The notes: generated from the letters alone by a model not told the origin. A DNA stretch of 64,000 bases from an uncultured cyanobacterium (GCA_963793425.1 CAWCAG010000007.1:288001-352000), one strand, 5' to 3'; shown: positions 19,305 through 29,952, counted from the stretch's first letter. Made by a program: numbers and translations.

Positions 19305-19673
19305 TTGCATAAAACCATCTTAGTAGTTGACGATGAAGAAGACGTGCGATCGCTCATTAAGTTAGGTTTAGAAATGGCTGCTGGTTGGCAAGTGTTAACA
19401 GCTAATTCTGGACAAGAAGCCCTTAATGTAGCGACAACCCAGCAACCAGATATCATTTTGCTAGATATGATGATGCCGGATCTTGATGGCAAGGAGACTA
19501 TTCAGAAATTGAAAGCAAATTCTCCAACTAAAGATATTCCTGTTATTCTCATGACGGCGAAAATAGCTTCTTCTTTGGAAGAAACTTTAGCTGGGTTAGA
19601 TATTGCGGCTATTTTCACCAAGCCTCTGCGCCCTCTACAATTACCGAAACAAATTCTTGATGCGTTGAAGTGA
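19305..19673 (+). CDS. Single-domain response regulator
   Basis: ILVVDD, LLDMMMPDLDG, TKP. Confidence 0.88.
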   Translation: MHKTILVVDDEEDVRSLIKLGLEMAAGWQVLTANSGQEALNVATTQQPDIILLDMMMPDLDGKETIQKLKANSPTKDIPVILMTAKIASSLEETLAGLDIAAIFTKPLRPLQLPKQILDALK

Positions 19674-19697
19674 GAGAGGGGAAACGGGGCGATGCTT

Positions 19698-20417
19698 TTA
19701 ATTGTCAGGTTCAACGAGAAACCACTTCTCTTCCAATTTCTCTAAAACTCCATCTTCTTTTAACTGTAACAAAACTCGGTTGATTTTCTCCAACTTCTCA
19801 AAATCTTCTTCTGGTAAAGCGACGGCATAATTTTGCTTAGTTTGACTGGTTTTCCTTGCAGATATTCTTCTGAAGTCGTCCCAGCTACTGCGGCGACTCT
19901 TTCGTTAATTAAGTCATTGAGTCCTGTTATCCTAGCTTGGAGGCGATTAGCGGTGACAGCAGAAGTGAAATAAGCTACCACCAACAAGCCAACGAACATC
20001 CAGACTACTCCGATTAACCTTCCTAATTTTCCCGTAGGGGACTTGTCTCCATAGCCGACGGTAGTCGCTGTGGGAAAAATTAATTGCTTCTTCCCTTTCT
20101 GCGGTAATACTAATACCAGCAATCGCCCCATCAATTTCTGCTGCTTCAATTGCTTGCAAACTTTCTTGAACCCCATCAAAAACAACAAACTTGTAATTAA
20201 TATCTAACTCGTTACTAATTTCTTGCCAAAGTTCTATGCTGTAGCCTTTATTTACCTCACCATTTTCATCTAGAAAAACAAAGGGAGGAAAGGCATTTGT
20301 ACCAACTTTCCAGACCTCTGATTTTGCTAAAGATTCTGCTTCTTGGGCGACTACTTGATGATTAAATCCTATGGCTAAAGTAGTTAAGGTGAGAACAATA
20401 ATAATACTGCTTCTCAT
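19698..20417 (-). pseudogene. GluR0-like ligand-gated K+ channel (SBP_bac_3 plus ion channel) with two internal deletions
   Basis: Three out-of-register segments: signal peptide + S1 (PPFV, GYSIEL, ISITAERE..INFS); TTVGYGDK filter + TM + S2 start; KQNYAVALPE..INRVLL.LKEDG..EKWF*. Confidence 0.8.
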
Positions 20418-20438
20418 TCTTTTGCGTACCTCTAATTT

Positions 20439-21110
20439 TTAGCTTTTTTCAACCTCCAAACTTTCAACTGGAGGGGCTTTGTCTACTTTAGCTGTAACTT
20501 TCTTTTTTCGAGACTCTAACCAAATAGACACACCAACAATAATAACTATTACTACTAAGGTCAAAAAACCGAATTTTGTCATCCAATAAATAACTTCTTC
20601 TAAAGGAAGAAAGCGACCGAGAAAAAACGACAAACTGATAGTAACCGTAGCCCAAAGAGTAGCGCCTCCCAAGTTACACCACAAAAATTGTTGATAGGGC
20701 ATATCAGCAATTCCTGCTAAAGGTCCAGCAAAAATTCTTAATAGAGCGACAAAGCGACCAAAAAAAACTGCCCTTGGGGCATTTTTACTAAACTGTTCTC
20801 TTAATTCTTCTAATTGACTTTGGGGAATTTTAAAGAAGTTTCCTAACTTAACCAAAAAGTTCCAGCCGCCAATTTTACCGATCCAATAACCAAAATTATC
20901 GCCAAGAACTGCTCCAGCGATCGCGCTTCCCAAAACTGGCCAATAAGCCAAATCTCCACTACCTGCCAAAAAGCCGCCCACAAGGGTGATGGTTTCTCCA
21001 GGTAAGGGAATTCCCGTATTTTCTAGGGCAATACCGATAAATACTGCCCAGTAGCCATACTGACTAGCGATCTCCTGGATAGTCTCCAGTGGTATAAGCT
21101 CAAAAGACAT
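20439..21110 (-). CDS. DedA family membrane protein
   Basis: ENTGIPLPGE, GDNFGYWIG, GRFVALLRIF. Confidence 0.92.
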   Translation of the reverse strand: MSFELIPLETIQEIASQYGYWAVFIGIALENTGIPLPGETITLVGGFLAGSGDLAYWPVLGSAIAGAVLGDNFGYWIGKIGGWNFLVKLGNFFKIPQSQLEELREQFSKNAPRAVFFGRFVALLRIFAGPLAGIADMPYQQFLWCNLGGATLWATVTISLSFFLGRFLPLEEVIYWMTKFGFLTLVVIVIIVGVSIWLESRKKKVTAKVDKAPPVESLEVEKS

Positions 21111-21310
21111 CCAGTATCGTCTTCAATATAATTAATTAAGTTCTCTTCTTGATCTTGGCGCGTTTTAGGGAAAAGTGTCAATGTAAATGATCAATGTTCA
21201 ATCTTCAGTTATCAATGTACGGCTTGCCGTTACCGCTAGGCATTGATGATTCAGTTATCAGTTTGAGGTTTGCTGTTATTGTCAATTAGCCATTAGCAAC
21301 TAGCAATTAG

Positions 21311-21559
21311 CTAGGTGGGTACTGCTTCTCCGGGGCGTAATTCGGCCCATTTGCCATCTTCTCTTAGGAAACTTTGGCAACCAACTACATCCCATTCCAT
21401 TTCGACATAATCTTGGTGAGGACGGATGTTAACATTGATAGTTGGTTCTTTTGGTTCAAAGTTAGGTTCTTCTGTAAGGTGAGGTTGTTGATGTTGAGTT
21501 TCTACCGCATGGTATGTTTCACAGCGATCAACAAAGTAGCAGTTAACACAAATACACAT
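21311..21559 (-). CDS. ycf34: Ycf34 Fe-S protein
   Basis: MCICVNC..VDRC.TYHAVE.QH; EWDVVGC. Confidence 0.92.
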   Translation of the reverse strand: MCICVNCYFVDRCETYHAVETQHQQPHLTEEPNFEPKEPTINVNIRPHQDYVEMEWDVVGCQSFLREDGKWAELRPGEAVPT

Positions 21560-21642
21560 GACAGACAAAAAATTAGGGGCCTTTTTGTTAATGTAACTCA
21601 GATGAGATGAAGTAGGACTCCGAATTTTGACTTTTGTTAACA

Positions 21643-21721
21643 GAAGAAGGGAGCGGGGAGCGGGGAGCGGGGAGTAGGGAGATAGGGAGATAGAATATTA
21701 ACAATTAGCCATTAGCCATTA
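21643..21721. repeat. Composite dispersed repeat copy 1 (GGGAGCG/GGGAGATA units + spacer + ATTAGCC units)
   Basis: 21683-21721 is the exact reverse complement of 29785-29823. Confidence 0.9.
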
Positions 21722-21753
21722 AAAATTATCAACTATCAATCATCGATTTAAAC

Positions 21754-22905
21754 TTGTTGCCTCAACCTGTCTACTTAGTTGGAGGTGCGGTTAGGGATGC
21801 TTTGTTGGGAAGGCATCGGCAGGATTTTGATTTGGATTTTGTTGTACCAGAAAATGCTGTACAAACGGCTAAGAAGATAGCCAACTACTACCAAGCTGGG
21901 TTTGTGATTTTGGATGCCCAAAGAGGCATTGCTAGAGTCGTTTTTCCTCAAGGAACATTAGATTTTGCCCAGCAGGAAGGGGATAGTTTAGAAACAGACT
22001 TACGGCGAAGAGATTTTACGATTAATGCGATCGCCTATAACCCCCGTACAGAAGAATTAATCGATCCTCTACAAGGGCAAAGGGATTTAGAAAAAGGTTG
22101 GCTGAAGATGGTTTCTCCAGGCAATCTTGCTGATGATCCTTTACGGTTACTCCGTGGCTATCGTCAAGCCTCTCAGTTAAATTTCACCATTGAACCAGAA
22201 ACTCGCTCAACTATTCGCGCCCTTGTACCTAAGTTAGCTGATGTAGCGCCGGAAAGGATACAAGCTGAGTTAAATTACCTGTTGAATAGTCCCCAAGCAA
22301 GTTATTGGTTGAAAGCGGCAGCAGAAGATGGTTTGCTTTCTTTGTGGTTAGGAGAAATTGATTACCACAGCTTAGCCCGATTGGGAAAAATTGATGCAGC
22401 AGCAAAGTTATGCCCAGAATTACCCCAAGCCCAACTCTCTTTAGCTAAGTTAGCTTGTCTTGTTTCTCCTCAAATTGAAGAAGCACAATCACAGTTGCAA
22501 CGTCTCAAATATTCCCGTACTGAGATTAAAACTATTTCTGTAGCAATCAAGTATTTACCTCGCCTACTTACCCTAGAATCTTCCCCTCTGCCCCCCAAAG
22601 AACAGTATTTCTTTTTTCGGGGAGTAGAAGATGTTTTTCCCACTGTAGCTGTGCTGGCAGTAGCAGCAGGGGCAAGGAAAGAGGCGATCACACCTTTGAT
22701 AGCAGCTTATCTTAACCCGGAAAATCAAGCGGCACATCCTACCCCTTTGGTAACGGGAAACGATCTGATGGAATCGCTAAACCTTCCCCCCAGTCGCAAA
22801 ATTGGCCAGCTTTTAACGGAAATTCAAGTTGCTAGGGTAGAAGGCAAGATTAAGACCCCAGAAGAAGCTTTACAATTCGCTCTTTCTTTGCTAGGTAAAA
22901 ATTAA
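21754..22905 (+). CDS. tRNA nucleotidyltransferase, probably the CC-adding type
   Basis: VGGAVRD, DLD, RRDFTINA, DDPLR..R; the flexible loop before RRD is very short. Confidence 0.85.
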   Translation: MLPQPVYLVGGAVRDALLGRHRQDFDLDFVVPENAVQTAKKIANYYQAGFVILDAQRGIARVVFPQGTLDFAQQEGDSLETDLRRRDFTINAIAYNPRTEELIDPLQGQRDLEKGWLKMVSPGNLADDPLRLLRGYRQASQLNFTIEPETRSTIRALVPKLADVAPERIQAELNYLLNSPQASYWLKAAAEDGLLSLWLGEIDYHSLARLGKIDAAAKLCPELPQAQLSLAKLACLVSPQIEEAQSQLQRLKYSRTEIKTISVAIKYLPRLLTLESSPLPPKEQYFFFRGVEDVFPTVAVLAVAAGARKEAITPLIAAYLNPENQAAHPTPLVTGNDLMESLNLPPSRKIGQLLTEIQVARVEGKIKTPEEALQFALSLLGKN

Positions 22906-22954
22906 ACGCTACTATAGGAATGAACAGCAAGCTGCTTCTAGTCTATAGCCGTTA

Positions 22955-23263
22955 ATGAAAGTTATTTTTTTAATCGTTATTCTTGTTCTTGCCACTGTCA
23001 TTTTGGTTAATTATGTCAATCCCTCACTCTCTTCTCAAGGTGGGATTCTGGGTAAATTACAATCCTTCCTGAGCAGATTTAGTCGTAGATTCAGGCGGGT
23101 AAAAATTAGTAGCAAAGCAAGTCCTTTGCGCCGAGAATTATTGAAAAGAGTAGATCCTGCTACCGCAGATAGATTAATCTCTTCAGCAAGAAGAAGAACT
23201 CCTGGCAAGTCAGAACACTGGTATTTAGAAAAAGTACTTTATGATCTTATACGAGGAAGATAA
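22955..23263 (+). CDS. Hypothetical membrane-anchored basic protein
   Basis: N-terminal TM; PGKSE.WY.EKV.YDL.R tail. Confidence 0.7.
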   Translation: MKVIFLIVILVLATVILVNYVNPSLSSQGGILGKLQSFLSRFSRRFRRVKISSKASPLRRELLKRVDPATADRLISSARRRTPGKSEHWYLEKVLYDLIRGR

Positions 23264-23396
23264 AGCTTTGTAACTATTGACAAAGAACTACCCAACAGCT
23301 TACCAAGAGATTGATAAACTGGAACGCAGCATAGTATGGACTCTCGTCTTTAACCCGTAAAGCACTACATCGTCTTTATAAGAAAAGCTAAAACCA

Positions 23397-24473
23397 ATGG
23401 TAAATACCCTTAAAAAACCTGAATTTGATGAAATCCGTCCAGGAGTCAAAAACCCAGCCAAGGAAACCCTTTTAACACCTCGCTTTTATACCACTGATTT
23501 TGAAGAAGTGGCGAAGATGGATCTTTCTCCTAATGAAGAGGAATTAGAAGCTATTCTTGAGGAATTCCGTGTTGACTATAACCGCACCCATTTCGTGCGG
23601 GACGAAGAATTTAATCAATCTTGGGAACATATTGACGGGGAAACACGCCGGGTATTTGTAGAATTTTTAGAGCGCTCTTGCACCGCAGAATTTTCTGGCT
23701 TTCTACTTTACAAAGAATTAGGCAGACGTTTAAAAAAAACCAACCCACTTTTAGCTGAATGCTTTAACTTAATGTCTAGGGATGAGGCACGTCATGCTGG
23801 CTTCCTCAATAAAGCCATGTCGGACTTCAACCTTTCTTTAGACCTAGGTTTCTTAACTAAAAGCCGCAAATATACTTTCTTCAAGCCAAAGTTTATTTTC
23901 TACGCCACTTACCTATCGGAAAAAATTGGCTACTGGCGCTACATTACCATCTATCGCCACCTAGAAGCCAATCCAGAAGACCGTATTTATCCTATCTTCC
24001 GCTTCTTTGAAAACTGGTGTCAAGATGAAAATCGTCATGGTGACTTCTTTGATGCCATGATGAAATCCCAGCCCCACATTTTAAATGACTGGCGGGCTAA
24101 ATTATGGTGTCGTTTCTTCCTCCTTTCTGTATTCGCCACCATGTATCTTAATGATATTCAGCGTTCTGGTTTCTATAAATCTTTAGGTTTAGATGCCCGT
24201 GAGTATGATATTCACGTCATCAAGAAAACTAACGAAACGGCAGGAAGAGTCTTTCCTATCACCTTAGATGTGGAAGATCCAGAATTTTATCAGAGGTTGG
24301 ATGTTTGTGTAGAAAATAACCGCAAACTATCCTCAATTGCTAATTCTGAGGGCATTAAACCTGTGAAGTTTTTGCAGAAACTGCCCCTTTATGTTTCTAG
24401 TGGTTGGCAACTTTTAAAGTTGTATTTCATGAAACCTTTAGATGCAGCGAGTACTCAAGGTATGGCTCGGTAA
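23397..24473 (+). CDS. acsF: Mg-protoporphyrin IX monomethyl ester oxidative cyclase
   Basis: [35 protein letters not shown]. Confidence 0.97.
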   Translation: MVNTLKKPEFDEIRPGVKNPAKETLLTPRFYTTDFEEVAKMDLSPNEEELEAILEEFRVDYNRTHFVRDEEFNQSWEHIDGETRRVFVEFLERSCTAEFSGFLLYKELGRRLKKTNPLLAECFNLMSRDEARHAGFLNKAMSDFNLSLDLGFLTKSRKYTFFKPKFIFYATYLSEKIGYWRYITIYRHLEANPEDRIYPIFRFFENWCQDENRHGDFFDAMMKSQPHILNDWRAKLWCRFFLLSVFATMYLNDIQRSGFYKSLGLDAREYDIHVIKKTNETAGRVFPITLDVEDPEFYQRLDVCVENNRKLSSIANSEGIKPVKFLQKLPLYVSSGWQLLKLYFMKPLDAASTQGMAR

Positions 24474-24485
24474 ATCTATTTCTTT

Positions 24486-24515
24486 GTAAAGGCGTTGTAT
24501 ATGCAGCGTCTTTAC
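24486..24515. repeat. REP-like palindrome / terminator after acsF
   Basis: GTAAAGGCGTTG-TATATG-CAGCGTCTTTAC imperfect palindrome. Confidence 0.6.
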
Positions 24516-24519
24516 GGTT

Positions 24520-25698
24520 TTGCTAGAGGTAGAGAAATTGAAAACCTTAGTTAAAGCTGCGATCGCAGCTTTTTTATCAATTCTACTAACCGCTTGCGGT
24601 ATATCAAGAATCACTGCCCAAGAGCGACTATTTCCGCAACTATCCTTAGAATTTTTAGGGGAATATCAACTTCCTAAACAAACTTTCCAAGATACTCCGG
24701 TAGGCGGTTTATCTGCTTTAACTTACAATCCTAAGCTTAAGCTTTTCTATATTCTATCTGATGACCGTAGCCAATTTGCTCCGGCTCGTTTTTACACCTT
24801 TAATATTCCCTTCGAGCAAAACGAAGTAGGAGATATTGATTTTGGTGAAGTAGCTATAGAAGGAGTTACTTTTCTCAAAAACTCCGAAGGAAAAACTTAC
24901 CCAGCGGGAAGCATTGATCCTGAAGGTATAGCCTTTTCTCCCCAAGGCAACCTCTTTATTTCTAGTGAAGGAATTCCTAGCCAAGGTGTTGCTCCTTTTA
25001 TTCGGAAATTTGACCTCAAAACAGGGCAAATCTTGCAAGATTTGCGCCTTCCCCAACGCTACTTGCCCCCAGAAGAAGAGGAAGATTTACCTCGCGGAGT
25101 TAGAGAAAACTTAGGACTAGAAGCCTTAACCCTAAATCCTTTTAGTGCTGCTGTTCCCCAAGCAGATCCGTTTCGATTGTTTTCTGCTTTTGAGTTTGCC
25201 TTACAACAAGACTATAAACCTGAAGCAGAAGAAGAAGCAGGAGATATACCTTTACGTTTCATGCACTATGTCGTTAACCCCATCGGTTCACCATTTTTTG
25301 TAGCAGAACATCTTTATTACCTAGATGCAGCCCCTGCTGGTGTAATTAGTAATGGGCTAACGGAATTAGTAGCTATTGAACCAGAAGGTTATTTCCTTAG
25401 TTTAGAGCGAACTTACGGCTTAACGGGGGCAGGGGCAAAAATTTATCAAGTGGCATTAGCTACGGCTACGGATACCACATTAGTAGAGAGTTTCCAAGGC
25501 AATATAGGAGGAGTTGTACCTTTGAAAAAAAAGCTACTTCTTGACCTAAAAGAACTAGAAATTTATCTCGATAATTTTGAAGGGATGGTTTTAGGACCAC
25601 TATTACCTGACGGTAGTAAAAGTGTTATTTTAGTTAGCGATAATAATTTTAGTGAAGAACAAATAACCCAGTTTTTGCTCTTTCGTTTAAAAGATTAA
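24520..25698 (+). CDS. Esterase-like activity of phytase family lipoprotein
   Basis: Lipobox LTAC; GGLSAL, SDD, DPEGI, NLGLEAL, DNFEG, VSDNNF. Confidence 0.88.
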   Translation: MLEVEKLKTLVKAAIAAFLSILLTACGISRITAQERLFPQLSLEFLGEYQLPKQTFQDTPVGGLSALTYNPKLKLFYILSDDRSQFAPARFYTFNIPFEQNEVGDIDFGEVAIEGVTFLKNSEGKTYPAGSIDPEGIAFSPQGNLFISSEGIPSQGVAPFIRKFDLKTGQILQDLRLPQRYLPPEEEEDLPRGVRENLGLEALTLNPFSAAVPQADPFRLFSAFEFALQQDYKPEAEEEAGDIPLRFMHYVVNPIGSPFFVAEHLYYLDAAPAGVISNGLTELVAIEPEGYFLSLERTYGLTGAGAKIYQVALATATDTTLVESFQGNIGGVVPLKKKLLLDLKELEIYLDNFEGMVLGPLLPDGSKSVILVSDNNFSEEQITQFLLFRLKD

Positions 25699-25752
25699 TA
25701 GGCAATTAAACTAACATAACGAATAATTAGAAAACAGCTAATCTCGAATGAA

Positions 25753-25813
25753 TAGGGCGACCCGACAGAGATTAACTTTGAACCAAAACACTCTGGAAAC
25801 GGGTCGCCTCTAC
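25753..25813. repeat. REP-like inverted repeat element
   Basis: TAGGGCGACCCG...CGGGTCGCCTCTAC with an inner CAGAG/CTCTG pair. Confidence 0.65.
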
Positions 25814-25834
25814 TGATAAAATTGATAATCGCAA

Positions 25835-26422
25835 ATGTCTAATTCTCACGATATTAAAACCCTCGCCCGCTTAATGGCAGCAGACTTTAGTAACCAAGAA
25901 CAAGCTTTTGAAAATCCACCTTTTTTTGCTCATATTCGCGTTTGCATCCGACCTTTATCAGAGGAAATATGCGGAGGAACAAGTCTTTTTTTAGAACAAG
26001 CTTATGATATCGCAATTAATGAACCTTATCGGGTGCGAGTATTTAAACTAACTGTTGTAGAAGACTATATTTTACTAGAAAACTTTAAAGTTAAAGACCA
26101 AGAAAAGTATTACGGTGCTTCTCGTCAGAAAGAACGTTTACAAGAGTTGAAGGCAGAAGATTTAGAAAAACTACCAGGGTGCGACATGACTGTTAAGTGG
26201 ACTGGTAACAGTTTTAATGGAGTTGTTGTACCGGGTAAAAACTGTATAGTAGAACGCAAAGGTAAGGTTACTTATCTAGATAATAGTTTTGATGTTAGCG
26301 AAGAAAAATTAGTTAGTTACGACCGAGGTAGAGATCCTGAAACAGATGAATTAGTCTGGGGATCTGTAGCGGGGCCTTTTGAGTTCCATCGTAAAACTAG
26401 TTTCGCCTCTGAAATCAATTGA
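25835..26422 (+). CDS. cpcT: CpcT/CpeT phycobiliprotein lyase
   Basis: ADFSNQEQAFENPPFFAHI, EQAY, PYR, DRG.DPET...WGS. Confidence 0.9.
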   Translation: MSNSHDIKTLARLMAADFSNQEQAFENPPFFAHIRVCIRPLSEEICGGTSLFLEQAYDIAINEPYRVRVFKLTVVEDYILLENFKVKDQEKYYGASRQKERLQELKAEDLEKLPGCDMTVKWTGNSFNGVVVPGKNCIVERKGKVTYLDNSFDVSEEKLVSYDRGRDPETDELVWGSVAGPFEFHRKTSFASEIN

Positions 26423-26957
26423 CAATGAGTTCAGGTTAAACATCAAAGCAAAAAAAGTTTTGGAAGCTAAATTATTAGGAACGCATCTTTTCCATCATGT
26501 ACAGAATACCATGTTCAGGAAGAGGAAAGCGCACCGAACAGCAAGAGGTTTTTTAATTAACATTGATAAGCAAAACTTTTATTTCTTGTCGTCAAAGTTC
26601 AAATCATTTAAACTCAAACACATTTTAAGCATCTTTATAAAGATATGTTAAGAACGGTTGAATAAGCTTTTGAGAGGGGTTTCTTTTGTAATAGAATTAA
26701 TGAAGATTGATAAATAATGTAAGACTGGCCGCTTTTTACTCAAAACAATCTTCAACTGAGAGAAACCACGAGAGAGTGGGGCTTTGCTTGAAATAAAGCA
26801 GCTTGAGGGAAGAAGTTCCCCAATACCAAAAGTATAAGAGAATAACTTTTTTTAAGACTGAATTTAATCACCTATTGACAAAATACAAAATTGATGAATC
26901 CTCCTTCTCTTAAAACTTGGCAAAAACATTAAGTAGTCGCATAAGATTACTTAATGT

Positions 26958-27719
26958 TTACAAAGATTCTTCTTGATAAGCCAGGTAAACAGCTTCTAAA
27001 AACTGATTTGCTGTGACTCCAGAAGGAACTCTTTCTAAGGAAACAATCTCTTTAATTTGGCTAGCTAAGCGCAGACTCACTTCTTTTCTGGCTGAAGGAA
27101 TCATTCCTTTGCGGCGTTGCAAATAGTCACGAATAATGGCAAAATCCTCTGGCAATAAACAAGATAAATCAGTTACCGTAGGAAGTTCTTTTGCTAAAGT
27201 GGTAGCTTCGGTTGAAAGGGAAATATTAGTATCACTAACAGCTTCTTCTTGTACTACCAAAGTTCCTGCCACAAAGTCTCCAATCCGTTTTTCTCGCTTA
27301 GTAAAAATAATAAAAAACATACCTACAAACAACAAGTCATCCACAGGGCGAAGAAGAGAACGAATAGTTGCTTGTTGCAATTGTACTGGTCTACCATCAT
27401 CTTGAATTACCCTAATTTTCGCCCTACGTTTGCCGGGAGTTTGCCCTTGCCAAATAGTTTCAAAAAAAACGAAGTAACCAACTTGAATAACAAAAACTAT
27501 AAATAATTGAATAGCAAGTAGAAACTGAGATAAGCTATCATATTGAATTAGGTAATTGAAAATCAGAAAAGCTACAGTCATTTGGCAAAAAAAGACAACC
27601 GACAGCCAAATAACGTAATCAATTAAAAAAGCATGAACTCGATTACCAATTCCGGCTAGAGAAAATTCTAGTTCAACGCTTTCTGGAGTTTCTAAGTTAA
27701 CTTGATTAAAATATTTCAC
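26958..27719 (-). CDS. RDD family protein
   Basis: TPESVEL..LAGIGNR..A..ID; GQTPGKR; RIGD..AGT.V. Confidence 0.9.
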   Translation of the reverse strand: MKYFNQVNLETPESVELEFSLAGIGNRVHAFLIDYVIWLSVVFFCQMTVAFLIFNYLIQYDSLSQFLLAIQLFIVFVIQVGYFVFFETIWQGQTPGKRRAKIRVIQDDGRPVQLQQATIRSLLRPVDDLLFVGMFFIIFTKREKRIGDFVAGTLVVQEEAVSDTNISLSTEATTLAKELPTVTDLSCLLPEDFAIIRDYLQRRKGMIPSARKEVSLRLASQIKEIVSLERVPSGVTANQFLEAVYLAYQEESL

Positions 27720-27778
27720 AGCTTAGCTATAAGACAAGAAAAAGCAACACTTTAATTTAATTTTGTATTTGACATTAA

Positions 27779-28750
27779 TTAAACTGTATCTCGTAGCTGT
27801 AAATCTACTCCTTCTTTACGATTACGTAAGTCGTAATAAATCACAGCTTTGATTATTTGCCAAAAAGCTAAGGTAGCTACATTTGCAGCAAAGAAAAACA
27901 AAACAGTTAATAAAATTGGTCCGATCAGCGTAGGTACGAGTGCTGCCGGACTTAATCCTACCCCAGCCCCTAATATACCCCCGAAAGAAGCTAATATGGA
28001 ACCGATAGCAATGAAAAGGGGAACTGATGCTATTAAATAAATTGGTAAAGTAATTAAGAAAGCAACAAAAACAATTAAAGCAATCTGTCTAGCCATTCCT
28101 TTGCTTAAAGACCAACTACGATTTAAAGCATCAGCACTACTAACCTTTGTTTCCATAGCTAAAGGAACTTCTGGGATGAAAAATCTGGCATAGACCCATA
28201 AATAAACACCTAAAATAAGGAACTGCCCAACCACAGTAATCAAAAAAACTAAGGGGTTATTTCTACCCAATATTCCCGCTAAAATAGATGTGAGCAAACC
28301 TACAGTTAAACTTTGTGCAAGAGATAGACCAAAGTTAATAAGACCCATAAAAAGAGAAAGCAAAACTTGCACCTTAAGGAAATCCCACATTTTAGGTTGA
28401 ATACTTTCACTGGCGACAGTTCTCGTTTCTGGCTGATCTGCCAACATCCCGAAGGCTAATCTAGAAATAAGAGCATAATTTTTGAGCGACTTAGCCCCAC
28501 AATAAAATACGGCCACTAACCAAACAAGAAAAGCGAGAATTATTGCAGGAATTAATGAGGTATTAGTGCCAACATTAAGAGCAATTAATGCGACGATTAA
28601 TAAACCGAACAAAAATGGAGAAAATGCCCACAAACTAGCAGTTAAAGCAATACTTAAATAAGTTTTTAAATTATCTCGGTAAAGCCGCAAACTAGCATTG
28701 ACTACATTACCTATACTCAGGGGGCCGATAGAACTCGAACTTCTAGACAT
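27779..28750 (-). CDS. Conserved multi-pass membrane protein (RDD/SpoIIM cluster)
   Basis: PLSIGNVV, ALNRSWSL, YYDLR.RKEG.DL. Confidence 0.75.
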   Translation of the reverse strand: MSRSSSSIGPLSIGNVVNASLRLYRDNLKTYLSIALTASLWAFSPFLFGLLIVALIALNVGTNTSLIPAIILAFLVWLVAVFYCGAKSLKNYALISRLAFGMLADQPETRTVASESIQPKMWDFLKVQVLLSLFMGLINFGLSLAQSLTVGLLTSILAGILGRNNPLVFLITVVGQFLILGVYLWVYARFFIPEVPLAMETKVSSADALNRSWSLSKGMARQIALIVFVAFLITLPIYLIASVPLFIAIGSILASFGGILGAGVGLSPAALVPTLIGPILLTVLFFFAANVATLAFWQIIKAVIYYDLRNRKEGVDLQLRDTV

Positions 28751-28818
28751 CGCTAAACTGGCATTGTTGCTTTTTACAATAATCCTAAGCTAGGTTGAGC
28801 TAGATATGGGGAGATGTT

Positions 28819-29787
28819 ATGAATATTAAACGTTGGATTGGCCGTAGAGAGAAAAACTGGCAGCGTTTGGAAAATTTGTTGAATCAGGTAGAAAAGAAAG
28901 GGTTAAAGTCCTTGCAGGCTGCTGAGGTTATCGAATTAGCAGGTTTGTATCGTTCTGTTTCAGCAGACTTAGCCAGGGCAAGGACTAATAAAGTTGGCAA
29001 AACCTTAATCCAAAGCTTACAAAAACTAACCTCCCGTAGCTACAACCAAATTTATCAGGGTTCCCGCCGCCAAGAATGGCAAAAAGCCATTGAATTTTGT
29101 TTATGGGGGTTCCCTGCGGTTGTACAGCGGACTTGGGTTTATATTGGAATCGCCACGGGGCTTTTTGTTATTAGTGGTTTAATTGCTTGGTGGTACTCTT
29201 GGCAAGATCCTAGTTTTATTGCCTTAGTTGTACCCCAAGGAATTATTTCTCAAGTGCGCGATCGCCAAGAATTATGGATGGGCTCAATTTTAGGAACTGA
29301 ACCTTTAGCTTCTAGCGGCATTATGATTAATAACCTCAAGGTTTCTTTTAACGTCGTTGCTGGAGGTATAACTGCCGGAATTCTGACTGTTTATATCTTA
29401 ATTTACAACGGTTTACTAATCGGTTCTGTAGGTACTTTAGTCGGGCAACATAACTTAGCATACCCTTTCTGGGCTTTTGTTTGGCCCCACGGCGCTTTAG
29501 AATTGCCGGCCATCTTTTTTGCTGGGGCTGCGGGTTTATTAATCGCCAGGGCGCTTTTATTTCCGGGGCAATATCGCCGTCTTGATGCCCTTAAAATTTA
29601 TGGTTCCCAAGCAGCACAACTAGTTTTTGGTGTAGTTGTAATGTTAATTATTGCCGGAATCATTGAAGGATTTTTCTCGCCTAATCCTCTTTTTCCTGAC
29701 TCTTTTAAATATCTAGTTGGTATCGGAATTTTAACTGCTTTGGTAATGTATTGTATTAGGAAAAAAGATACAATAGCTAGTCGCTAA
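28819..29787 (+). CDS. SpoIIM/DUF95 family membrane protein
   Basis: LYR.VS.DLA, NN.KV, PHG.LEL.AI, AG.IEGF. Confidence 0.9.
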   Translation: MNIKRWIGRREKNWQRLENLLNQVEKKGLKSLQAAEVIELAGLYRSVSADLARARTNKVGKTLIQSLQKLTSRSYNQIYQGSRRQEWQKAIEFCLWGFPAVVQRTWVYIGIATGLFVISGLIAWWYSWQDPSFIALVVPQGIISQVRDRQELWMGSILGTEPLASSGIMINNLKVSFNVVAGGITAGILTVYILIYNGLLIGSVGTLVGQHNLAYPFWAFVWPHGALELPAIFFAGAAGLLIARALLFPGQYRRLDALKIYGSQAAQLVFGVVVMLIIAGIIEGFFSPNPLFPDSFKYLVGIGILTALVMYCIRKKDTIASR

Positions 29788-29850
29788 TGGCTAATGGCTA
29801 ATTGTTAATATTCTATCTCCCTAGCTCCCCATCTCCCCACTCCCTTCTTC
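29785..29850. repeat. Composite dispersed repeat copy 2 (inverted relative to 21643-21721)
   Basis: 39-bp exact match plus shared GAAGAAGGGAG end. Confidence 0.9.
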
Positions 29851-29952
29851 AAAACTTATACATCAAGTTAAACAAAATCTTTTAATCTCTTCTCAAATAA
29901 AACACGATCTCTAACATCTTATTTCCATACTTAGGAAAAAATCAGACCTTAG

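Noticed and set aside
19760..20188. 142-aa ORF as an independent gene
   Set aside because: Frame artefact of the deleted GluR0-like pseudogene
26379..26651. 90-aa ORF after cpcT
   Set aside because: TTG start overlapping cpcT, AT-rich, no recognisable motif
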